Part shown: positions 1 to 7,514 of the stretch, piece after piece
Layout of the letters: each line of letters begins with the position of its first letter
Position numbering within the stretch: position 1 is the stretch's first letter
DNA from: a virus
Direction: 5' to 3' (one strand)
Length of the DNA stretch: 56,946 nucleotides
IMG/VR virus record: IMGVR_UViG_3300024990_000004
Notes under the pieces: model-generated
The model's input: the letters and a program-made list of their open reading frames with translations, nothing else
The model's database searches: none
What the model was told of the DNA's origin: nothing
Translations under genes and position numbers: made by a program

Positions 1-127
1 GTATCCTGGCTGAAACCCAGGGCGACGAAACCCGCAAGGCCCATGAAAGCGACGGCGAGGCAAAGCTGGCGCTGCCCGTCATCCAGGCCATCAAAGCCAC
101 CGGATGGCTGCCGCCCGCGCTGCGCAC
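1..127. repeat. Terminal overlap identical to 56820..56946 (circular closure of the contig; 56,819 bp unique)
   Basis: Base-by-base comparison of the first and last 127 nt shows identity. An ORF reads through the junction in frame. Confidence 0.95.
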
Positions 128-209
128 CAGGGCCTATGCCGGACCCAGCGCGAAGACCGCCTCCAGGCCCCAGGCCAAAAAGGCCGCGAAGAAGAAGGCC
201 CGCAGCTGA
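3..209 (+). CDS. C-terminal end of the large ParB/Srx-domain protein that starts at 55181 (wraps the junction; 615 aa joined)
   Basis: Frame 3 continues in frame the ORF left open at 56946. Lys/Ala-rich tail, stop TGA 207-209. Confidence 0.85.
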   Translation: MLAETQGDETRKAHESDGEAKLALPVIQAIKATGWLPPALRTRAYAGPSAKTASRPQAKKAAKKKARS

Positions 210-709
210 TGACATTCTACGCCCACGAAAATCTGGTGCTGGTGGTGGACGGGGAGAACACCTGGCACACCGCCAGGGCCCTCGATCTCGACATTGATTG
301 GGGCAAGCTGCGCGACCTGTTCGCGCGGCAAGCCACCCTTACCGGCGCCTACTACTTCACACCAATGTACGAGCAGGAAGACGGCTTCGCGCCCGTCAAG
401 CGCCTGGTCGACTGGCTGGACTTCAACGGCTGGCAGACCTGGACGGATGGCCGCGACGTATCTGCGGACATGGCGACCGCGGTGATGGAAATGGCGCGCA
501 ACGGTGCCGAGCACTTCGTCATCGCCAGCGGGAACGCAACCTTTGCCGAACTGGTTGCCGCGCTGAAACGTCAGAACAAGGTGGTCACGATCCTGTCCGC
601 CCTGCCGCAATGCTCCGAAGACCTGCGGCGCGCGGCGGACGCCTTCCTCGATCTCTCTACCATCCGCAACTACATCAGCCGGGCGAAGAAGGAGACGGTA
701 GCGGCATGA
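209..709 (+). CDS. NYN/LabA-like (PIN-fold) domain protein with a degenerate acidic motif
   Basis: 166 aa. VVDGEN, SADMATAV and FVIASGNATFAELVAALKRQNKVV follow the NYN layout, but the usual SGDSDF reads SGNATF. The ATG shares its A with the upstream TGA. Confidence 0.7.
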   Translation: MTFYAHENLVLVVDGENTWHTARALDLDIDWGKLRDLFARQATLTGAYYFTPMYEQEDGFAPVKRLVDWLDFNGWQTWTDGRDVSADMATAVMEMARNGAEHFVIASGNATFAELVAALKRQNKVVTILSALPQCSEDLRRAADAFLDLSTIRNYISRAKKETVAA

Positions 710-2490
710 AGTTTCCTATCAGCGACGACGCCCTGGATGACCGCTTGGCTATACTGGGAACAGCCGGGAGTGGGAAAACGTACCTCACCACAACAGCTAT
801 TGAGCGCCTGCTGAAATCTGGCAACCGCGTGGTGGCAGTTGACCCCCTTGGCGTCATGTGGGGCCTGCGGTTGAAGGCGGACGGCAAGACGGCATCCCCA
901 TTCAATGTCGTGATCTTCGGGGGGCGGCACGGTGATTTGCCTCTCACTGAACACGCTGGCGCGCTGATCGGTGAAACCGTCGCCACGATGCGGGAAAGCT
1001 GCATCATTGACCTATCGGAATTGCCGACGAAGGCGGCAGAGCGCCGGTTCATGACTGCGTTCCTGGAAGCCATCTATCGGCACACCGACCCGACCAAGGT
1101 TGATCCATTCCACCTCATCATTGACGAGGCCGACCGCTTCGCGCCGCAAAAGCCGCCCGCCGGCGACGAAACTATGCTGAACCGCATGGAGGAAATCGTG
1201 CGGCGCGGGCGGGTGAAGGGCTTCATCCCCTGGCTCATCACCCAGCGCCCCGCCGTTTTGAACAAGAACGTCCTCAGCCAGGCGGACGGGCTGGTACTGC
1301 TGAAGTTGACCAGTTCGCAGGACCGCGACCAGGTGGGGGCATGGATTGAGGGCCAGGCCGACAAGGCGCAGGGCAAAGCGATCCTGGGGTCCCTGCCCGC
1401 AATGCAGCGCGGCCAGGGTGTGGTCTGGATTCCGGGCCGAGGCATTCTCGAAACAGTACAGTTCCCCAAGAAAACTACCTTCGACAGTTCCAGCGCTCCC
1501 AAGCGCGGCGAGAAGCGCAACGCCAACGAACTGAAGCCTCTCGACGTGGGGAAGCTGAAGGACCGGCTGGCGACGGTAGAAGCCGACACCAAGGCGAACG
1601 ATCCCAAGGCGCTCAGGGCCGAAGTGACCAAGCTTCGGGCGGAACTGGCGAAGGTTGACGGAACGCGCCCAAATTCGCATTTGGTTGCACAACGTGCCGT
1701 GCAACCGAATGCCGCTGACCAGAAGGCTCAGGAACGGGCGCTGGCTGCGGCGCGAGAGGAAGGCGCCCAGGCCGTTCGGGATCAAATCCCCGCTATGCTG
1801 GACGCCCAGCACCAGGCCAGCTTCCAAGCTGGATTCGAGTTCCTGGCCGGCCGCCGGGCCGTATTTGAGACGGACTTCATACCGGCTCGGAAGCCCCTGC
1901 CAGGCAGATCGACCAAGGCGCTCCCGATGGCAGCGAGCCGGCCTGCCCACGCCCCAACCGCCCCCAGCGGCCCGAAACCAACGCTCTCGCGCGCCATCGG
2001 CGCCGGGGACGCTTCCGGCCTGACGCAGCCGCAGCGCCGGATCCTGGCTTCTATCGGCTTCTGGCTATCGGTGGGGAATGAAGCCCCCACCCGCGCCCAG
2101 GTGGGCGGCGTGGCGGGCTACAGCCCCTCATCCGGCGGTTTCAACAACCTCCTGGGCCAGCTCAACAGCGCCGGGCTCATAACCATCCCCGCCCAGGGCC
2201 GCGTCTCCCTGGCACCGGGCGCGCCCTATGACGCCCTCGATCTGGAAGAGGCAAAGGCCAAGGTCCATTCGGTCCTGAGCAACCCCGAGCGCAAGCTGGT
2301 GAACGCGATGGTGGAGGCCGGCGGCGGCCCCATGACGCGCGATGACTTGGGCGCGGCCACCGAATACTCGCCCACCAGCGGAGGCTTCAACAATCTGATC
2401 GGCGGCCTTTGCACACTGACGATCTTCGAGAAACCGGCGCAAGGCCAGGTCGCGCTATCGGCATGGGCGCGCGAGGTGCTGGCGGCATGA
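706..2490 (+). CDS. HerA/FtsK-type (DUF87-like) P-loop ATPase with two C-terminal winged-helix-like repeats
   Basis: 594 aa from ATG 706 (ATGA overlap). Walker A LGTAGSGKTY, Walker B HLIIDEADRF, then RGRVKGFIPWLITQRP..LSQADGLVLLKL. Tandem repeats GYSPSSGGFNNLLGQL / EYSPTSGGFNNLIGGL. Confidence 0.8.
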   Translation: MKFPISDDALDDRLAILGTAGSGKTYLTTTAIERLLKSGNRVVAVDPLGVMWGLRLKADGKTASPFNVVIFGGRHGDLPLTEHAGALIGETVATMRESCIIDLSELPTKAAERRFMTAFLEAIYRHTDPTKVDPFHLIIDEADRFAPQKPPAGDETMLNRMEEIVRRGRVKGFIPWLITQRPAVLNKNVLSQADGLVLLKLTSSQDRDQVGAWIEGQADKAQGKAILGSLPAMQRGQGVVWIPGRGILETVQFPKKTTFDSSSAPKRGEKRNANELKPLDVGKLKDRLATVEADTKANDPKALRAEVTKLRAELAKVDGTRPNSHLVAQRAVQPNAADQKAQERALAAAREEGAQAVRDQIPAMLDAQHQASFQAGFEFLAGRRAVFETDFIPARKPLPGRSTKALPMAASRPAHAPTAPSGPKPTLSRAIGAGDASGLTQPQRRILASIGFWLSVGNEAPTRAQVGGVAGYSPSSGGFNNLLGQLNSAGLITIPAQGRVSLAPGAPYDALDLEEAKAKVHSVLSNPERKLVNAMVEAGGGPMTRDDLGAATEYSPTSGGFNNLIGGLCTLTIFEKPAQGQVALSAWAREVLAA

Positions 2491-2717
2491 CCACCCTTGC
2501 CGAAGCCCTGGAAGCCCCCAAGCGCGCCCAACAGCAACGGTGGGCGCTGCGCCACCTGTTGCGCGTGAATGAGGCGAACGCTTCACCGGAAGATCTGGCG
2601 CTCATCCAGCGCGTCCAGGATGTGAAGACGCCAGACGATTATGACCGCGCCATTGCCGACAAGCGCGTGAGCGAGCTGTTCCGGCGTGGTGTGCTGGTTA
2701 TCGGGAGAGGGCCATGA
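2487..2717 (+). CDS. hypothetical protein (76 aa)
   Basis: ATGA overlaps at both ends; high third-position GC. Confidence 0.6.
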   Translation: MTTLAEALEAPKRAQQQRWALRHLLRVNEANASPEDLALIQRVQDVKTPDDYDRAIADKRVSELFRRGVLVIGRGP

Positions 2718-3064
2718 CCATCACAGTTGCAGACCAAATCCGCTGCGTCCGGCGCGAGCTGGCCCTCCGCGCGAATGTCTATCCCGGCTTCGTGAAGCGC
2801 GGGAAAATGAAGCAGGAGGAAGCCGACCGGGAAATTGCCGCCATGCAGGCGGTCCACGACAGCCTGTGCGCGAACTGGAAGGACATCACCCTGCAGCCGG
2901 TGCCGATGGACGGAAAGCTCTATCGGATCCGATGCAGAAACGACCGCGGCGTTGCCTGGTGGATTCCCGAACAGGAGGCTTATGGCTGGCTTGCCGAAGC
3001 CGGAGAGCTGGACGCCGACAATATCACCCATTGGGCGAAGTTCGACGGGGGCGATCAGCCGTGA
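2714..3064 (+). CDS. hypothetical protein (116 aa)
   Basis: Tracked ORF with ATGA/GTGA coupling to its neighbours. Confidence 0.65.
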   Translation: MTITVADQIRCVRRELALRANVYPGFVKRGKMKQEEADREIAAMQAVHDSLCANWKDITLQPVPMDGKLYRIRCRNDRGVAWWIPEQEAYGWLAEAGELDADNITHWAKFDGGDQP

Positions 3065-3435
3065 CAGGACAAAAATCGGCACGCGCCGTTCCCTGCGGGG
3101 AATGCACGATATGCTGCCGTGGCGGCGAGGCGATCACGCTGCACCCCGAAGATGGCGACGTCCCAGCCTTTTACCAAACCAGCCTGGTGCGCCATCCGCT
3201 GACGGGCGCTCCTATCCAGATACTCAAGCAGAAGCCCGATGGCAGTTGCATCTATCTCGGTGCGACCGGCTGCACGATCTACGAGCGGCGTCCAGTCATC
3301 TGCAAGGCATTCGACTGCCGCCTGTTCGCCAAGAGGATAAAGGGCGAGCTGCGCCGCAAGATATTGGCCGACGGCTTGGGCGCTGCCGAGGTTTTCGAGC
3401 GTGGCGAGCAAATGGCGAGGCTCTATCCGCCATGA
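3061..3435 (+). CDS. YkgJ-type cysteine-cluster (CxxCxxCC zinc/iron-chelating) protein
   Basis: GTG 3061 in a GTGA overlap. Contains CGECTICCRGG ... CIYLGATGCTIYERRPVICKAFDC. Confidence 0.7.
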   Translation: MTGQKSARAVPCGECTICCRGGEAITLHPEDGDVPAFYQTSLVRHPLTGAPIQILKQKPDGSCIYLGATGCTIYERRPVICKAFDCRLFAKRIKGELRRKILADGLGAAEVFERGEQMARLYPP

Positions 3436-3695
3436 TGCCCTGCATCCCATTCCAGACCAAGGATGGCGCGACCGGGATCATATGCACCGGCCGGCGCGGC
3501 CGTCGCCGCTGTTCAACCTGCAAGAATGCCTGGACTTCGCTGGAATGCGACTATCCCATGCCCGATCATAAGAGCGGCACTTGCGACAAGCCGCTATGCG
3601 CCAGGTGTGCGGTGAGCATTGGCCCGAACGTCGATCATTGCCCACACCACCCGAAGGAATTGCCTGCCCACCAGCCGAGGATGGAAGGGCTATGA
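3432..3695 (+). CDS. Cys/His-rich small protein (87 aa), probably metal-binding
   Basis: ATGA overlap. Contains CSTC, CDKPLCARC and HCPHH motifs. Confidence 0.6.
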   Translation: MMPCIPFQTKDGATGIICTGRRGRRRCSTCKNAWTSLECDYPMPDHKSGTCDKPLCARCAVSIGPNVDHCPHHPKELPAHQPRMEGL

Positions 3696-3958
3696 GCGCC
3701 ATCACCAGCGGCAAGGACGTGATCGCCGCCATCAAGGCCGGGGCCGAGCTCTGGCATATCAGCGACAGCCCTTTGCCTGGGCATTGGGAATTGCGCCGCG
3801 CCCGGCAACCCATCCAGCGCGTGCATTGGGACGCCATCGAGATTATCCGCCGGCACTATCTGCCCTGGTTCGAGGCCAACACGGTCTACAGCGAAGAAGG
3901 CCGGTACAATACCGGCTGCTACCAGTTTAAGCAGCGATCACTGGCGGGGCTCGCATGA
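3692..3958 (+). CDS. hypothetical protein (88 aa)
   Basis: ATGA overlaps at both ends; coding-like composition. Confidence 0.6.
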   Translation: MSAITSGKDVIAAIKAGAELWHISDSPLPGHWELRRARQPIQRVHWDAIEIIRRHYLPWFEANTVYSEEGRYNTGCYQFKQRSLAGLA

Positions 3959-4131
3959 GCCCCCGCCCCGCTCGGTTCACGAAGGTCGACCTGCGCCGCG
4001 CCATTGAGACGGCGCGGGAGCTCGGAGACGACTATGTTGTGGATATTCTGCCCAACGGGACGATTCGCATTTCCCATGCACATGACGCCAGGCCCGACAA
4101 GACTGACCAGGAAGAGAGACTCGTGTTTTGA
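3955..4131 (+). CDS. small protein (58 aa) immediately upstream of int; possible directionality factor
   Basis: Not in the ORF track (<60 aa). ATG 3955 in an ATGA overlap, stop TGA 4129-4131. The function is inferred from position only. Confidence 0.5.
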   Translation: MSPRPARFTKVDLRRAIETARELGDDYVVDILPNGTIRISHAHDARPDKTDQEERLVF

Positions 4132-5222
4132 CCGAGGACGTGCCTCGCCCCCGCGCCCAATATCTCCACCGTTTCAAGACGCGCCACGGCAAATTCGTCT
4201 GGTACGTGCGCCCGCCTGGCCACCAGCGGGTCAGAATAAGAGGAGAGTTCGGCACCCCGGAATTTGATGATCAGGTGCGGGTCGCTCTATCGGGAGAACC
4301 CGCACCGGACCGCATGCGCCGCCAGAAGGCGCTATCGGGCACAGTGGAATGGCTGTGGGAGAGGTACCGGGATAGTACCGCATGGACGACCCTTTCGCCC
4401 GCAACGCGCCGTCAGCGCGAGAACATCATGGATGGCGTGAACAAGGCCATCGGTCAAAAGCCGTTCGTGAAGATCAACCGCGCCTCGATCGTGGCCAGCA
4501 GAGACAGCAGAGCCGCCACCCCAGCCCAGGCCCGGAACTTCCTCGACTGCATGCGCGGGCTGTTCCGTTGGGCTCTGGATGCCCAGCATGTCAAGATTGA
4601 CCCTACGGCTGGGGTGAAAAACCCATCACGCCCGCCAGGCGAAGGATTCCCTGTCTGGACCGAGGATGATGTTGAGCGGTACCACGAGAAATGGCGGGTC
4701 GGGACCAAAGAGCGGGTTTGGCTGGACATCCTGCTCTATACCGGCTTGCGGCGGGGCGATGCGGTGCGCATCGGTCGACAGCATGTCCGCGACGGCGTTG
4801 CCAGCATCAAGACCGAAAAGAGCCAGGGCGAGATCGACGTCCATATCCCGATCCTGCCCGTACTGGCCGTCACGCTCGCTGCCGGGCCCACCGGAGACAT
4901 GGCGTTTATCTGCGGCGACCGCGGCGAGCCCCTGACCAAGGAAAGCTTCGGCAACATGTTCCGCGCGGCCTGCCGAAAGGCGGGCGTCAACAAATCCGCC
5001 CACGGGGTTCGCAAAATCGCCGCCACGACCGCGGCCAACAACGGAGCCACCGTGGCTCAGCTGGAAGCGATCTTCGGCTGGCAGGGCGGGCAGATGGCGG
5101 CGCTGTACACCCGGGCGGCGAACCGCCGACGCCTGGCTTTGGAGGCCATGCATTTGCTAGGCGGCCGCCCGGAATCGGTGGGCACGGCACCCGAAAAAGC
5201 CCTTTCTGATCAGAAGGGGTAA
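4128..5222 (+). CDS. int: tyrosine recombinase / phage integrase
   Basis: LYTGLRRGD (Arg), HGVRKIAAT (HxxR) and AALYTRAA (Tyr). The TTG start overlaps the upstream TGA; GTG 4140 is an alternative start. Confidence 0.9.
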   Translation: MTEDVPRPRAQYLHRFKTRHGKFVWYVRPPGHQRVRIRGEFGTPEFDDQVRVALSGEPAPDRMRRQKALSGTVEWLWERYRDSTAWTTLSPATRRQRENIMDGVNKAIGQKPFVKINRASIVASRDSRAATPAQARNFLDCMRGLFRWALDAQHVKIDPTAGVKNPSRPPGEGFPVWTEDDVERYHEKWRVGTKERVWLDILLYTGLRRGDAVRIGRQHVRDGVASIKTEKSQGEIDVHIPILPVLAVTLAAGPTGDMAFICGDRGEPLTKESFGNMFRAACRKAGVNKSAHGVRKIAATTAANNGATVAQLEAIFGWQGGQMAALYTRAANRRRLALEAMHLLGGRPESVGTAPEKALSDQKG

Positions 5223-5463
5223 GGTGGGCACGAAACCACCCTTAACCCCTGCCAGGAAAAGGATTGTGCGCTAATTCTTGACCGCACCAGGCCAAAAATA
5301 AGCCTTTGAAAATATGTTCGTTTTAACGCTGGCGTGCCCACCTTCCAGCAAGGTGGGCATATAGAGCGTTCTCGAATTGCCCCAACTGGCCCAGCGCGAT
5401 ACTTTCCCCACCCCGTCGCCTTGCCCATTCACCCTGTCGCCGGGACCAAGACGGGGATTCGAC
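5221..5463. promoter_or_regulatory. candidate attP / integrase-binding region
   Basis: Non-coding stretch after int. AAGGTGGGCA occurs at 5221-5230 and 5350-5359, with its inverse TGCCCACCTT at 5335-5344. AT-rich segment at 5292-5328. Confidence 0.4.
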
Positions 5464-5730
5464 ATGGGCGATATTCGCAACAAAATTGCCAAGATCGAGC
5501 GCGCCAAGGCCGAGAAAGCCGCTATGGAGACGTTCCTGCGCGCAGGTGGATGGACGCCTGGCCCCCGACGCCGAGAGGAACCCCTGCCCCGCTGCGCCTG
5601 TGGGAACACCTGGAAGGATGCTCCCGCCTTCTGGGCCTGTCATGGAGGCCATTTCGAGCCCGTCCGCTTCTATTGCCCTGCCTGCCTGCCGGATGAGATG
5701 CGGGCTTCGATGCTAGACGACAGGACATAA
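5464..5730 (+). CDS. small Cys-rich protein (88 aa)
   Basis: ATG 5464. Contains CACG..., CHGGH and CPAC motifs. It is the last plus-strand gene before the terminator. Confidence 0.55.
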   Translation: MGDIRNKIAKIERAKAEKAAMETFLRAGGWTPGPRRREEPLPRCACGNTWKDAPAFWACHGGHFEPVRFYCPACLPDEMRASMLDDRT

Positions 5731-5735
5731 AAAAA

Positions 5736-5763
5736 GCCCCCGCCAGTATGTGCTGGCGAGGGC
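5736..5763. terminator. bidirectional intrinsic terminator hairpin
   Basis: GCCCCCGCCAG-tatgtg-CTGGCGAGGGC, preceded by an A-run, between convergent gene blocks. Confidence 0.65.
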
Positions 5764-5789
5764 TGATCATGTCCATTTCGGGGTGGCTG

Positions 5790-6080
5790 CTATCCGACGC
5801 CGAAGATCACCTTCATCAAAGATGCGATGTCCGGAAACGCTCGGGCTAGGAGCGCCACGGCCACGATCAGCATGATCGCGCGAATCTGCGCCAGCTGGGC
5901 ATGGTTCTGCCGACTGGCACGATAACTCATCGCCCACCGCTGGGCGCATCGTTCGACATGAAGGGCCAAATCATTCGCCTCCGCTTCGACTGGCTTGCCC
6001 AAATCCTCTTCGGCCTGGTCGAGGGCGGGCGGCCGTCCCAAGAAAACGTCTATGAATGTCATGCGTTCATCCCTGAGCAT
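5790..6080 (-). CDS. small membrane protein (C-terminal TM helix), lysis-region candidate
   Basis: Tracked ORF. Hydrophobic IMLIVAVALLA segment. Alternative ATG at 6062. Confidence 0.55.
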   Translation of the reverse strand: MLRDERMTFIDVFLGRPPALDQAEEDLGKPVEAEANDLALHVERCAQRWAMSYRASRQNHAQLAQIRAIMLIVAVALLARAFPDIASLMKVIFGVG

Positions 6081-6092
6081 GGGTATTTGCGA

Positions 6093-6476
6093 TCAGTCGT
6101 CCGGGTTGGCCAGGACGGCCGAATGATCCCGGCTGGTTTTGTCCTGCATGCAGTGCTTGGCGACATTGCGCTTGCTCTGGCTCATGACGCCTAGGCCTTG
6201 CGCCAGGGCTGCGCCGGCGCCCCCAGCTGCGCCGATAACCGGAACCAGCGGGTTCACCACCCCGCCGACCAGGTTATTGACGCCCCCGCCCACCGCGCCC
6301 AGAGCAACCGCCGTGGCACTGACGTGGGGCTGATAGCTCGCGGCCGCCTGCGCACATTCGTTCAGGTCCGCCTGGAACTGGTCCCGATCCGTGATCTCGA
6401 TCGGCATGGCGACATAGGGTTGCGCGCAGCCGCAGAGCATGGCGCAACATGCAAGGATCGGGACCAGGCGCTTCAT
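6093..6476 (-). CDS. lipoprotein with glycine-zipper region
   Basis: Signal peptide with Cys lipobox (CAMLCGC). Contains GAVGGGVNNLVGGVVN...GAAGGAGAA. Confidence 0.7.
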   Translation of the reverse strand: MKRLVPILACCAMLCGCAQPYVAMPIEITDRDQFQADLNECAQAAASYQPHVSATAVALGAVGGGVNNLVGGVVNPLVPVIGAAGGAGAALAQGLGVMSQSKRNVAKHCMQDKTSRDHSAVLANPDD

Positions 6477-6748
6477 GCGACCTTGGTCCCGGTGAAGCTC
6501 TTCGAAAAGAAGATGGCGACCCGCAGCGTGCCGCTGATGGCGTTGCCCGCGATGTGCGCGGTAAAGCGCGCATGGTGGCCCATCAGTTCCACATTGCCGC
6601 CGATATTGCCGGCCCCGTCATCCTGGCCGTCGGTGATGGCGCCTTTGCCATATTCCGGGCTGGTGATGGTCCCGGTAAAGCCGCCCTTGCCATCGAATGC
6701 GATATCCACCTGCGCGGCGTGTCCCTCAACGGAAACGTCGAATTTCAT
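6473..6748 (-). CDS. hypothetical protein (91 aa)
   Basis: Tracked ORF; ATGA overlap with the downstream gene. Confidence 0.6.
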   Translation of the reverse strand: MKFDVSVEGHAAQVDIAFDGKGGFTGTITSPEYGKGAITDGQDDGAGNIGGNVELMGHHARFTAHIAGNAISGTLRVAIFFSKSFTGTKVA

Positions 6749-6767
6749 GTGACCCTCTCGAATGGAA

Positions 6768-6791
6768 AGGGGCGGCGCTCAGGCCGCCCCT
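6768..6791 (-). terminator. strong hairpin (9-bp perfect GC stem), terminator or attenuator
   Basis: AGGGGCGGC-gctcag-GCCGCCCCT in the 6749-6807 gap. On the minus strand it is followed by TTCCATT. Confidence 0.5.
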
Positions 6792-6807
6792 CAAGCCCCA
6801 ATGCCGT

Positions 6808-7461
6808 TCAGTGTGCGGCGGCCGCCAACATTGCGGCCTTCTTGGCCTGCATCAGATTGACGATCTTCTCGAACGCAGCATCGGCGTCCTGCACGGCTTT
6901 GACGGCCGCGGCGACCTGCTGGGTGGTCGAGCTGCCCTTGGCCAGCACGGTATTGGCGGTGTCGATCGCGCTGCGCACCGCGTCGGCCGCTGCGTTCGCC
7001 GCGTCCATATCTGCCTTGCTGCAGAAGGAGAGGCTCTGATTGTTGGCGCAGACCGAATTATAGAGCACCTGGGCTGTGGTGAAGGCCTGCTCGACCAGGG
7101 TCAGCGTGGTCGGGATGCTGTTGGCCGTGGCGCAGCCGCCCAGGAAGATGGAACATGCGATGATGCATGCCAGCAGAGCCGGGGCAGTCTTGCGCGCGGT
7201 GCCCTCTGCCTTCGACACCACATTGCTGATTGCGGTCTTCGCCGCCACCTGGTTCTTGGGATGGTTGATGAAGGTGTGGAAGAATATGACCGCGGCGGGG
7301 ATCACCAAGCCAGCCAGTACCAGCAGGTCCGTCTGCTGCTTGAGCGTCAGCGGCAGGCCAAAATCCACCAGCACGACAAAGAGCGCGCCGAGAATGGACA
7401 CGATGTTGATGTTCTGCTTCATGGGGACAGGGGTGGGATTGCTGTTATCGACGTCAGACAT
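6808..7461 (-). CDS. membrane protein: holin-like double TM, then an internal lipobox-like signal and a coiled C-terminal domain
   Basis: TM segments IVSILGALFVVLVDFGL and LLVLAGLVIPAAVIFFHTFI, then PALLACIIACSIFLGGC. RBS AAAGGAG upstream. Confidence 0.65.
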   Translation of the reverse strand: MSDVDNSNPTPVPMKQNINIVSILGALFVVLVDFGLPLTLKQQTDLLVLAGLVIPAAVIFFHTFINHPKNQVAAKTAISNVVSKAEGTARKTAPALLACIIACSIFLGGCATANSIPTTLTLVEQAFTTAQVLYNSVCANNQSLSFCSKADMDAANAAADAVRSAIDTANTVLAKGSSTTQQVAAAVKAVQDADAAFEKIVNLMQAKKAAMLAAAAH

Positions 7462-7514
7462 GACTTCTCCTTTGCGCCCGCGGGCGCGGTTGGTGATGGG
7501 GTCGTTTGGGAAAA

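Noticed and set aside
298-705. The N-terminal 136 codons of the tracked 730-aa ORF, and ORF 43..297.
   Set aside because: This region overlaps the motif-bearing NYN frame and is Arg-rich. The ATPase sequence and the ATGA coupling begin at 706.
5440-5470. A tRNA or tmRNA-like fragment (GGGGATTCGAC) near attP.
   Set aside because: No acceptor or T-arm pairing and no CCA context can be built. The segment overlaps the RBS and start of the 5464 gene.
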